Of a stretch of 64,000 bases of DNA, positions 50,167 through 59,500 are shown in pieces (within the stretch, counting starts at the first letter, position 1; every line of letters begins with the position of its first letter). This DNA comes from an uncultured delta proteobacterium. Its GTDB lineage: Bacteria > Desulfobacterota > Binatia > UBA9968. A program made the translations under genes and the position numbers. The notes under the pieces are model-generated. The model did no database searches and was not told the DNA's origin. It saw nothing but the letters and a program-made list of their open reading frames with translations. The DNA is taken from contig CAVSHR010000012.1 of the NCBI GenBank assembly GCA_963727625.1, positions 320,001 to 384,000 on the forward strand, written 5' to 3'.

Positions 50167-50655
50167 TCACGGCTCGGCTGTTTCGCCGACATCCCAAAGC
50201 AAGCTACGCTGCACCGTTTTGTTCTTCGGCACTCGCAGCGCCTTGACCTGCTTTGATTGCCCTTTGAAAGTCGCGCCTATGAAATAACTCCCCGGCGGTA
50301 GTTTGATATAAAACCAGGGCCCTTCGGTCCGAAGTTTTGCGATCTGCGCGCCTTTGGCGTCAGCGATCACCAGACTCACGCCTGAGACAAAGGCTCCGCT
50401 CTTGGCCGCGAACACGAGCTTGACGTTAAACTCCTTGGCCCGTTGCGCCATCGCCTCGCGTTCGTCGCTGCTCACACCGCCGAAAAGATAGGCATAGCCC
50501 TGTGTCGTTTTGCCCTCGGTCATCATGATCGCCGGCGGAAATTGCGCGGCTTCAGCGTCCGTCGTCGGGAGACTGCAACGCATGGGTTGCAGCGATAGGG
50601 CCAAAATAAGCGCCGCAGTCCAACGCGCCTTGTGACTCCAATGCCATTGCATCAT
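50167..50655 (-). CDS. Secreted protein with carboxypeptidase-regulatory-like (beta-sandwich) domain
   Basis: Signal-like N-terminus; GGVSSDEREAM..GPWFYIKLPPGSY. Confidence 0.7.
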   Translation of the reverse strand: MMQWHWSHKARWTAALILALSLQPMRCSLPTTDAEAAQFPPAIMMTEGKTTQGYAYLFGGVSSDEREAMAQRAKEFNVKLVFAAKSGAFVSGVSLVIADAKGAQIAKLRTEGPWFYIKLPPGSYFIGATFKGQSKQVKALRVPKNKTVQRSLLWDVGETAEP

Positions 50656-50662
50656 CGGCCTC

Positions 50663-51001
50663 CTAACGCTCTTTCGTTCCTTTTTTTAGTCTTTCCAGCT
50701 CTTCGCGCTGGCGCCGCAGTTCCAACTCGTTTTGTTTGATCTGTTGATCGAGGTCGGTCTGCTTCTTTTCCAGCGCCTGAATCCGATCGCCGACCAATGC
50801 TCCGGTGCCGAGCCCAAGCGCGCCGCCGACTGCGGCGCCCGCGCCCGGATGACCGACCGCGCTGCCGACGATGCCGCCGACCGCGGCGCCGCCGACCGTA
50901 CCGATGGCGGCGCCCTTTTCTCGCGTCGTCAGCGGTTCGCTGCAACCAACAGCGCCGAGGAAAATCAAAGACATCGTCACAACCGTCAAGCGATGTTTCA
51001 T
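50663..51001 (-). CDS. Glycine-zipper lipoprotein
   Basis: Lipobox VGC; GAAIG..GG..GG..G repeats; coiled-coil tail. Confidence 0.85.
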   Translation of the reverse strand: MKHRLTVVTMSLIFLGAVGCSEPLTTREKGAAIGTVGGAAVGGIVGSAVGHPGAGAAVGGALGLGTGALVGDRIQALEKKQTDLDQQIKQNELELRRQREELERLKKGTKER

Positions 51002-51032
51002 GGCAAATACTCCCCCGTGATTACCTCAGTTG

Positions 51033-51047
51033 GCAATAATTGTGCCG
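51033..51047 (-). promoter_or_regulatory. sigma54 promoter for lipoprotein-dnaK-efflux unit
   Basis: CGGCAC-AATTA-TTGC. Confidence 0.8.
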
Positions 51048-51177
51048 CCAGAAGAGCGATCATTTCGCCGCTAGATAAAGTCGAGCCGGCGATTGAGAAT
51101 AGTCGTTTTTTTCTGAGATAACTCCGGCATCTTTAAACAATAGACGAAATCCCATGTTTGCCGCGCTCTAGGGGCAG

Positions 51178-51224
51178 TTCGCAAGATTGAAAACTTCCTG
51201 CTTGCAAGTTTCCAGTTCTGCAAA
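51178..51224. promoter_or_regulatory. Paired palindromic activator boxes
   Basis: TTCGCA-AGAT-TGAAAA (51178) and TTTCCA-GTTC-TGCAAA (51209), 31 bp apart. Confidence 0.7.
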
Positions 51225-51240
51225 CAGAGCGACGATTACA

Positions 51241-51255
51241 TGGTACGCCAATTGC
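51241..51255 (+). promoter_or_regulatory. sigma54 promoter for cytochrome c
   Basis: TGGTAC-GCCAA-TTGC. Confidence 0.72.
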
Positions 51256-51326
51256 TCCGAACATGAGCGGTTGCTCAATGGAGCCGATTGGAAACTAGAT
51301 GAGGGTAACCATCGTAGGGAGGTCTT

Positions 51327-51755
51327 ATGCGACGAGCCGTTAACTTGATTCTCGCTCTGCTCTTGTCAGCCGGCCTCGGCTTCGCGCTTGGCGGCGAACG
51401 GGCGATAGCCCAAGAAATGGAAGTCATCGCCGGCGGCGAAATCGAATATCAAAATTATTGCGCCGTCTGTCACGGCGTCGACGCCAAAGGTCAAGGGCTG
51501 ATGAGCAGGTTCTTAACCGTTCGACCGGCGGATTTGACCCAACTGGCCAAGAAGAACGGCGGCGCTTTTCCGTTTTGGCAAACTTATCGCGTCGTCGACG
51601 GACGAGAAGAAGTGCGCGGCCACGGCTCGCGTGAAATGCCGATTTGGGGCGATCGCTTCAGAACCCAGGCGGGCGGGAACGATAGCGGCTCGCGGGCACA
51701 AGCCGCCGGGCGGTTGATCGGCCTGGTTTTCTATTTGCAGTATATCCAAGATTAA
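51327..51755 (+). CDS. Monoheme cytochrome c
   Basis: Signal peptide, CAVCH, distal Met in EMPIWG. Confidence 0.92.
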   Translation: MRRAVNLILALLLSAGLGFALGGERAIAQEMEVIAGGEIEYQNYCAVCHGVDAKGQGLMSRFLTVRPADLTQLAKKNGGAFPFWQTYRVVDGREEVRGHGSREMPIWGDRFRTQAGGNDSGSRAQAAGRLIGLVFYLQYIQD

Positions 51756-51824
51756 TTGCCAGACCATTTTCGGTCCAGCTCAAGCGTTCAACCTCAGACA
51801 CAGCGAGGGCGGATGCAATCTCGA

Positions 51825-53033
51825 TTAACAGATCGGATATTTTCCTTGCGCCAGTTCGGTGCAGAACCGCGCCATTCCATCCAACTCCTCTCTCAGAATC
51901 CGGCGCACCGGCTCGGCGACACCGGTGAGCTTCGATCCGGCTTTGAGCTTCACCTGCACGGCGGCAACCTGCGGCTCGTTGATCGGCATGCCGATCCGGC
52001 TGCAGAGCCAGACGATGACTTGATCTAAACCCGAGATTTCTCGATAGATGCGCTCGGCCAGCACGTGCGTCAAGACGCTGTAAATCTTGCCCACGTGGCT
52101 AACGGGATTTTTTCCCGCGGCGGCTTCCGAGCCGCGCGGCCGGTTGAGCGCGATGATGCCGTTGACCTGATTGCCCCGTCCCACTTCGCCGGAATCGGCG
52201 TCTTCCGCGGAAGTTCCCAAGACCGAAAGATACATGCCGGCGAGCCCGCGGCCCGGCCGATCCAGCGTGTTTACGCCGGCGACGACTTCGCGGAGCGCGA
52301 CTAGACGCCGGCTCAAGTGCGCGATCAGCGCCTGGCGCATCGCTTCTTTCTGGAGAAAATAGCCGACCTCGCTTTCGACGTAGCGGTCCAACAATGGAAT
52401 CGCCACCGTGAGATCGAGCCGGCTGCCATGGCGCACTCCCATAACCTTTACATCCTGACCGCTTACCGGAAATCGCCGCTTGAACTCGCCGCCGTTCAAG
52501 AATTTTTCCGCCTCCAAAACCGTCTGTTCGGTTTCAGTGAGAGGGGCATAGCCGACTGCCGCCGAAGTATCGTTCGCCAAGGAGACAGTCGAGTTCTCGC
52601 TGAATATGCCGGTCAACTCCTCTGACCCGCCTTTGAGCTCCATTTGGAAAACCAGATGTCGCTCCGGATCGATCTCGGGGAGATTTTCTCGAAACCAGCT
52701 CTTGGCGGTTTCTATGGCGAGGGCGCCGACGTCGAACGCTTGCACGAGCGTCGCCCGGTCGCCGATCACCAGGCGCATCGGCTCGATGATCCGGCCGCCG
52801 CCGAGACGGTGCTCCGCCTGTCCGGCAACCAGCAAACCTTTGTCGCAATTGTGATGAAGAATCCGGCCGAACTGTTCCCGGTACGCTTTGGCTAAAGCTT
52901 GCGAGATGCGCTCCATTACGAGATCGCAAATCGTATCGGGATGGCCCAACCCCTTGCGCTCGACAATCTCGATTTGATTTTGTTCGGGAGTTGGCGCGAC
53001 GGACTGTTCTACGTGGATGGCGGTGACGGGCAT
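51825..53033 (-). CDS. mat: Archaeal-type methionine adenosyltransferase
   Basis: EIVERKGLGHPDTICD, HHNCDK, ANDTS, DVKVMG, DSGEVGRGN, EAAAGKNPVSHVGKIY. Confidence 0.9.
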   Translation of the reverse strand: MPVTAIHVEQSVAPTPEQNQIEIVERKGLGHPDTICDLVMERISQALAKAYREQFGRILHHNCDKGLLVAGQAEHRLGGGRIIEPMRLVIGDRATLVQAFDVGALAIETAKSWFRENLPEIDPERHLVFQMELKGGSEELTGIFSENSTVSLANDTSAAVGYAPLTETEQTVLEAEKFLNGGEFKRRFPVSGQDVKVMGVRHGSRLDLTVAIPLLDRYVESEVGYFLQKEAMRQALIAHLSRRLVALREVVAGVNTLDRPGRGLAGMYLSVLGTSAEDADSGEVGRGNQVNGIIALNRPRGSEAAAGKNPVSHVGKIYSVLTHVLAERIYREISGLDQVIVWLCSRIGMPINEPQVAAVQVKLKAGSKLTGVAEPVRRILREELDGMARFCTELAQGKYPIC

Positions 53034-53091
53034 CTCGACCTCTGCTTGCACAATCAATGAGTCAAACCAGCAACTCGGATGAGATGAATGA

Positions 53092-53106
53092 GCAAGGGTC
53101 ATACCG
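53092..53106 (-). promoter_or_regulatory. sigma54 promoter for mat
   Basis: CGGTAT-GACCC-TTGC. Confidence 0.65.
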
Positions 53107-53155
53107 TGGTAACCGGCTCTTGAGCGCGGCAAATCGTTCGAATAACGAATTTTCC

Positions 53156-53202
53156 ATCGCAATTTTAAAAATTTACCGGATGAATTTTCGCGGCACTGCG
53201 AA
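53156..53202. promoter_or_regulatory. Paired palindromic activator boxes
   Basis: ATCGCA-ATTT-TAAAAA (53156) and TTCGCG-GCAC-TGCGAA (53187), 31 bp apart. Confidence 0.68.
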
Positions 53203-53263
53203 TCTCTAGGCCGCCGTCGACACCGACCGTTCTGGTAACCACAGGCTTTTCGGCAAATTTATC

Positions 53264-53278
53264 TGGCACAGCCATTGC
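53264..53278 (+). promoter_or_regulatory. sigma54 promoter for archease-rtcB
   Basis: TGGCAC-AGCCA-TTGC, perfect consensus. Confidence 0.85.
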
Positions 53279-53310
53279 GCGAAGAAAGTCCTTATCGATA
53301 GGCTTTAACC

Positions 53311-53733
53311 ATGGAGGAGGCGCGCTGGGAACATCGACCCCATGGCGCCGATGTCGGCGTCTGCGGCATCGGCCGCTCCAAGGCCGAAGCGTTCGAACAG
53401 GCGGCTGTGGCATTGACAGCCATCGTTGCCGATCCCGAGTCGGTTGCCGCTAAAGATGCCGTCGAGGTAAGCTGTGACGCACCCGATGATGAGCTGCTGC
53501 TGGTCGAGTGGCTCAATGTTTTGATCTACGAGATGGCCACGCGAAAGATGCTCTTCGCGCGCTTTGCGGTTCATATCGATGATCATCAATTGGCGGGCAA
53601 AGCCTGGGGCGAAGCGATCGACGTCGACCGCCATGATCTAGGGGTCGAGGTCAAGGGCGCGACTTGCACCGACTTAAAGGTGACTCGAGAAGAGTCCGGG
53701 CTATGGCGCGCCCAATGCGTGGTCGATGTCTGA
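53311..53733 (+). CDS. Archease
   Basis: H.ADVG..LLVEWLN..EVKGAT..VVDV; adjacent to rtcB. Confidence 0.92.
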   Translation: MEEARWEHRPHGADVGVCGIGRSKAEAFEQAAVALTAIVADPESVAAKDAVEVSCDAPDDELLLVEWLNVLIYEMATRKMLFARFAVHIDDHQLAGKAWGEAIDVDRHDLGVEVKGATCTDLKVTREESGLWRAQCVVDV

Positions 53734-53742
53734 GGAGCTGTT

Positions 53743-55173
53743 ATGGAGTTGACGCGATTGCGACGGAAGGCGGAAATCCAGTGGTGGATCGCGCCCCACG
53801 GCAAGATGCGTGTCCCCGCGATTATCTTCGCGAGCGAAAATTTAATGCGCGACATGGACGAAAAAGTTTACGAACAGGTCACCAACGTCGCCACCTTGCC
53901 GGGGATCGTCAAAGCCTCCTATGCCATGCCGGATGCTCACTGGGGTTACGGCTTTCCGATCGGCGGCGTGGCCGCTTTCGACCCGGAAAGGGGCGGGGTG
54001 ATTTCCGCCGGCGGCGTCGGCTTCGACATCTCCTGCGGCGTGCGCACGCTGCATACCGGGCTCATCCTCGAAGAGATCGAGCCGGTCAAGGAGCGACTGG
54101 CCGATGTGCTTTTTCGAGAAATTCCCGCCGGCGTCGGCAGCACCGGCAAGCTAAGCCTCAATCAGAAAGAAATGGACGCCATGCTGCTCGGCGGCGCGCG
54201 TTGGGCGGTCGAGCGCGGCTACGGCACCAAAACGGACCTCGATCGCGTCGAAGAGGCCGGGTCCATCTCCGACGCGCAACCTGACCAGGTTTCCGACCGC
54301 GCCAAGAAACGCCAGCGCGATGAGATGGGCACGCTGGGCTCGGGCAACCACTATTTGGAAGTCCAGCAGGTCGCCAAGATTTGCGATGCCGCGATCGCCG
54401 CGGCCTTTGGCGTACGCCAGGGCGACATTGTGCTCAGCATCCACTGCGGCTCGCGCGGCCTCGGCCACCAGATCGGCACCGAATTTCTCAGCCGCATGGC
54501 AGCCACCGCGGCGCAATCCGGCATCGACCTTCCCGACCGGGAATTGGCCTGCGCGCCGATCCATTCGCCCGTCGGACAAGCCTACCTCGGCGCCATGCGC
54601 GCGGCAACCAACTGTGCGCTGGCCAATCGGCAGATCATCACCCACCTGGCGCGCCGAGCGTTTAATCATATCTTTCCCAAAGCGGAGCTGCCGCTGCTCT
54701 ATGACGTCTCCCACAACACCTGTAAGATCGAAGAGCATGTCGTCGACGGCAAAACGATCCGGTTATTCGTGCATCGAAAAGGCGCCACCCGCGCTTTCGG
54801 TCCGGGCCATCCGACGGTTCCCGGATCGCTCAGCGAAGCCGGCCAGCCGGTCTTGATCGGCGGCACCATGGGCACCGCTTCTTATATTCTGGCCGGGACC
54901 CGCCAGGGAATGGAGTTGGCGTTCGGCTCCGCCTGTCACGGCGCGGGGCGCAGCATGAGCCGGCATCAAGCGCTGCGTCAATGGCGCGGCCGGGAGGTCA
55001 TCGAGAAGCTCGCATTCCGCGGCGTGCTTATCCGCAGCCGTTCCATGCGCGGGATCGCCGAGGAGGCGCCGGGAGCGTATAAGGACGTTACTGAAGTCGT
55101 CGATGCCGCCGATCGCGCCGGCTTGGCCCGCACCGTCGCTCGGCTTGAACCGGTGATCTGTGTTAAGGGATAA
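53743..55173 (+). CDS. rtcB: RtcB family RNA ligase
   Basis: MPDAHWGYGFPIGGV, GFDISCG, GSGNHYLE, HCGSRG, HN, HRKGAT, HGAGR, EEAPGAYK. Confidence 0.96.
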   Translation: MELTRLRRKAEIQWWIAPHGKMRVPAIIFASENLMRDMDEKVYEQVTNVATLPGIVKASYAMPDAHWGYGFPIGGVAAFDPERGGVISAGGVGFDISCGVRTLHTGLILEEIEPVKERLADVLFREIPAGVGSTGKLSLNQKEMDAMLLGGARWAVERGYGTKTDLDRVEEAGSISDAQPDQVSDRAKKRQRDEMGTLGSGNHYLEVQQVAKICDAAIAAAFGVRQGDIVLSIHCGSRGLGHQIGTEFLSRMAATAAQSGIDLPDRELACAPIHSPVGQAYLGAMRAATNCALANRQIITHLARRAFNHIFPKAELPLLYDVSHNTCKIEEHVVDGKTIRLFVHRKGATRAFGPGHPTVPGSLSEAGQPVLIGGTMGTASYILAGTRQGMELAFGSACHGAGRSMSRHQALRQWRGREVIEKLAFRGVLIRSRSMRGIAEEAPGAYKDVTEVVDAADRAGLARTVARLEPVICVKG

Positions 55174-55214
55174 TCAAACGGCATCCTGATTGAAATGTTG
55201 GGAACGCCGGCGAT

Positions 55215-55238
55215 TTGAACGGCTTGAACGATTTGAAC
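55215..55238. repeat. 9-bp tandem repeats (TTGAACG-type)
   Basis: TTGAACGGC TTGAACGAT TTGAAC. Confidence 0.55.
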
Positions 55239-55257
55239 AACCAGCGCGGAGGCGATC

Positions 55258-56043
55258 ATGTTCCAGCTACTCGGCGAGTTTGTCGGTCTGCTCGGCACCG
55301 TCGTGGTTATCGCGGCGATAATTCTGATCAGCGGCATCAAAATCCTCCGCGAATATGAGCGCGGCGTCATCTTTCGCCTCGGGCGGCTGGTCGCGCCGCG
55401 CGGCCCCGGCATCATCTACGTCATTCCACTGATCGAAAAAATCGTCCGGGTGCAACTGCGCACCGTGACCATGGACGTGCCGCCGCAGGATGTCATTACC
55501 AAAGACAACGTTTCGGTCAAGGTCAACGCGGTGGTTTACTTTCGCGTCATGGACGCGAACCTGGCGATTCTCGAGGTCGAGAACTATCTTTTCGCCACCG
55601 CACAGCTCGCCCAGGTGACGTTGCGCAGCGTTTGCGGCCAGGCCGAGCTCGACGAGCTGCTCGCGGAAAGAGAAAAACTCAACATCAAGCTGCAGGAGAT
55701 CCTCGACGCCGCAACCGACCCTTGGGGAATCAAGGTCGTGGTCGTCGAGCTCAAGGATATCGATCTACCCCAGGAGATGCGCCGCGCCATGGCCAAGCAG
55801 GCCGAAGCCGAACGGGAGCGGCGCGCCAAGATCATTCATGCCGAAGGCGAGTTTCAAGCCTCGCAAAAGCTGGCCGAAGCGGCGGAGATCATCGCCAAGC
55901 AGCCCAACGCCATGCACCTGCGCTTCCTGCAAAGCCTGGTCGAGGTGTCGTCGGAAAAAAACCACACCGTCGTGGTCCCGATTCCCGTCGATGTCGTCAC
56001 CCGAGCGCTTGCGATGTTAAAGCCGGAAGAGCCCACCGGGTAG
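55258..56043 (+). CDS. Stomatin/slipin (SPFH) protein
   Basis: [40 protein letters not shown]. Confidence 0.95.
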   Translation: MFQLLGEFVGLLGTVVVIAAIILISGIKILREYERGVIFRLGRLVAPRGPGIIYVIPLIEKIVRVQLRTVTMDVPPQDVITKDNVSVKVNAVVYFRVMDANLAILEVENYLFATAQLAQVTLRSVCGQAELDELLAEREKLNIKLQEILDAATDPWGIKVVVVELKDIDLPQEMRRAMAKQAEAERERRAKIIHAEGEFQASQKLAEAAEIIAKQPNAMHLRFLQSLVEVSSEKNHTVVVPIPVDVVTRALAMLKPEEPTG

Positions 56044-56071
56044 CTTGCGTCGAGACAAAACGGAGCATTGG

Positions 56072-56335
56072 TTGAATATCGAATTCAACGCCGACGAATG
56101 GCACGACCCGCATCGGCGCCAGGTCGTGTGGTTCAGCGCCATAGTCGACGACAAATGCATCGACTGCGGCATTTCCATCGAAGCCCTCGCCGGCCATTTC
56201 GGCGCATTTCAGGATGACCCCTTGCCCGCGTTTCGAGCCCACCGAGAACGCATCCGCGAAGCAGCGTCGAGACTGATCACCGAGCGTCGCTTCGAAGCCG
56301 ACGGCACAATTCTCATCCGAAGCGCGGATCTATGA
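56072..56335 (+). CDS. DUF1488 family protein
   Basis: F.A.VD...C.IS.EAL..HF..AF..HR.RI..AA; TTG start after GGAG. Confidence 0.75.
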   Translation: MNIEFNADEWHDPHRRQVVWFSAIVDDKCIDCGISIEALAGHFGAFQDDPLPAFRAHRERIREAASRLITERRFEADGTILIRSADL

Positions 56336-56412
56336 ACAGCGTAAACGCGACGATTACGATCCACCGTTAATGCCGAGTAGAGCGTAATCGGCACTCCGCC
56401 TCACTGTCGATT

Positions 56413-56459
56413 CTTTCAATCGTGACAACCGTGTCGAGGTTATTTCCGGCTTATGCGAA
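56413..56459. promoter_or_regulatory. Paired palindromic activator boxes
   Basis: CTTTCA-ATCG-TGACAA (56413) and TTCCGG-CTTA-TGCGAA (56444), 31 bp apart. Confidence 0.62.
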
Positions 56460-56529
56460 TTACTTTTTTCTCTTCTCGCCTGTGCCTTTAGTTTAAAGAC
56501 TTCTCGCTCACAATGGACCGCCCCGACAG

Positions 56530-56544
56530 TGGCGCACCGATTGC
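56530..56544 (+). promoter_or_regulatory. sigma54 promoter for the CoA-activase gene
   Basis: TGGCGC-ACCGA-TTGC. Confidence 0.82.
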
Positions 56545-56591
56545 GTCACTGGTAACTGGCGTATCTGTCAGAAGGGCTCCTTGGTGCAGCG

Positions 56592-59500
56592 GTGAAATAT
56601 ATCGGCATAAATATCGGTGCCCTGACGGTCAAGCTCGCGGTCTTGGATGGGGCTCAAACCTTTGCGGCGGTGGTACCCCATCTGGGCCGCCCGCTCGCGG
56701 TTCTCGAAAAGCTCCTCGCTGAGAAAGATTTCGCCGGTGCCGATTATTACGGCGTGTCGGGCCATCTTGGCCACCTCTCGGAGGCCGCGGCCATTCAACG
56801 CGCTCTGGGCGAGGTAAAAAGCGATTTTGATGCGGTGGTATCGCTGGGCGGCGAGTCGTTCCTGGTTTACATCGTTGCGAAAGGCCGGATCAGCAACGTC
56901 CTGTCCCATAACAAGTGCGCCGCCGGCAGCGGCGAGTTCTTCGTGCAGCAGATCGGCCGCATGGGGCTCGGCATGGAAGAGGCCATCCGCAATTCGTTCG
57001 AGGGCAAGGTCGTGCCGTTGGCGGCGCGCTGCTCGGTGCACTGTAAATCCGACATCACCCACAAGCTCAACCGCAACGAGGCGACCGCCAAAGACATTCT
57101 CCATACGCTCCATGACAGCATGGCGAGCAAAGTCGTTGCCCTGCTCGAAAAAGGTCAGAGCGATCTCCGGCGCGTGCTTTTGATCGGCGGGGTTACCCGA
57201 AACGCGGCGATGCTGGCGGCGCTGCGCGAGAAGCTTCTATCTACTGAGTTCGTCGTGTTACCCGAGAGTCCCTGGTTCGAAGCCTGGGGCAGCGCATTGC
57301 TCACGCGCGACCTGCCGCTGTATCCTGCACCAAAAACATCGACCCAGGCGACTCTCGGCCACCTGCCGGCGCTCAAGCTCTATAGCGATCGGGTCGAAGT
57401 CATTCCCGTGCCGCCGCAGCAACCGGCGCCTGACGGCCCGATGGTGCTTGGTGTGGACGCGGGATCGACAACCACTAAAGCCGTGCTTGTCGACGCCGCG
57501 ACCAAGGCGGTGGTGGCGACGAATTACACGCGAACCCGGGGCGATCCGGTCGCCGCGACGCGCGAATGTTTGAGAGCACTGGTCGAACAGATCGGCAACC
57601 GGTGCATCGGCTTGGTGGGCTCCACGGGTTCAGCGCGCGAGCTCGCCGGCGCCTACCTCGGCACCGAGCATGTCTACAATGAAATCTCAGCCCATGCCGC
57701 CGGCGCCGCGCATTTTGACGCGGACGTCGATACGATCTTTGAGATCGGCGGCCAGGATTCCAAATATATCTATCTTCGCAACGGCGTGCCCATCGACTAC
57801 GCGATGAATAACGCCTGCTCGGCGGGCACCGGTTCTTTTCTCGAGGAAAGCGCCCACGGCGATCTCGGCATGGACGTCTCGGAGATCGCCGAGCTCGCGT
57901 TGGCCGCTCCCGCGCCGGTGCAATTCAAGGCGACCTGCGCGGCGTTTATCAACTCCGATATCCGCATCGCCCTGCAAGAAGATCACTCACGCGAGAACAT
58001 CGTCGCCGGTTTGGTTTATGCCATCGCCGGCAACTACCTGAACCGCGTCAAGGGATCGCGCTACGTCGGCAAGAAAGTCTTCTTGCAAGGCGGCGTCGCG
58101 CTGAATCAAGCGGTCGGTCACGCATTTGCGCACAGTGTCGGGCGCCAGGTCGTCATTCCGCCCAGCCCGGAATTGCTCGGAGCGTTGGGGGTGGCGTTGC
58201 TGGCCCTGCAACGGGCGGACGGCTCGTTAGGAACCGCGACGGAGCTCTTGACTCTGGCCGCGCCGGAGATGAAGCGCACCGGTGGATTTACCTGCGGCGC
58301 CTGTGGCCTGTATTGCAGCATCGATCATTTCGAAGTCGCCGGACGGCGCTTTCCCTTTGGCGGCCGCTGCAGCCTCTATGAAAACGTCTGGAAACGAAAA
58401 AACCGCAGCGCAGCGGCGCCAGATCTAGTCGAGCAAAGGAGCAAGCTGCTATTTGACCGTCCCAAGGGCGAGAGCTCGGGCAACGGAAAACGAATCGGAA
58501 TTCCCAAGGCGTTGACGACGCACTCGCTCTACCCGCTCTATTCGACCTTTTTCGCCGGCATGAGCATGGAGGTCGTTTTATCGGCAGTCGACCCGCGCGG
58601 CGAACTCAAATCGAATGCGGGATTTTGCTTTCCCGCGCAGATCGCCCACGGCGCGGTACTGGACCTGGTTCAGCGCGGCGTGGAGCTGATCTTTTTGCCT
58701 CATGTGATGCGCATGCCGCGGCAGGAGGCGTGGAAGGAATCCTATTTATGTCCGATCACGCAGGCCAGCCCTTATTTCCTGGCCAAGGCTTATCCGCAAA
58801 TTCATCTGCTCTCGCCATTGCTCGATTTTAGCGACGGTTATGCCGCGAGCTCCACGCTGGTCGACATGGCGATCAACGAGCTTGGTCAGCCGCGCGATCT
58901 CGCCGAGCGGCAGTGGGCGGCGGCAGTAACGGCCCAAATTGAAGCGGAGCGCGATCTTTTGCAGTTGGGTCGCAGGGCGCTGGCGCAAGCGATCGCCGAC
59001 GGCAAACCTGCGGTCATTCTTGCGGGCCACAGCTACAACGCTTTCACACCGGAAGGGTCACAGTCGGTCGGCAAGAAATTATCGAGTATGGGAGTGGCGG
59101 CAATTCCCGCCGACTGCCTTTCACCAGCGGGCACCGGTCCCACCTCGTGGCATTTCGCCAACCAGGTGATGAATGCGGTGAAGGCGGTCAAACAGCAGGC
59201 CAATCTGTTTCTCCTTTGCGTGAGCAATTTCAGTTGCACCATCGACGCTTTCACCCAATCGATGCTCGCCGCAGAGATGGGTTCGAAGCCCTATCTCATC
59301 CTGGAGATCGATGCCCATACCGCCGACGCAGGCGTGCAAACCCGCTTGGAAGCGTTTCTCGATATCGTCAAGAATTATCATGAAGGCGAGATCAGCCGCC
59401 GCAGCGAATTCAACCCGGCTAAACTGATCGGCGGCGGTCAAGTGCTTCGCGGCAATGGCGAGCGAGTAGCGCTCACGGACCCGCGGGTCAAGCTCTATTT

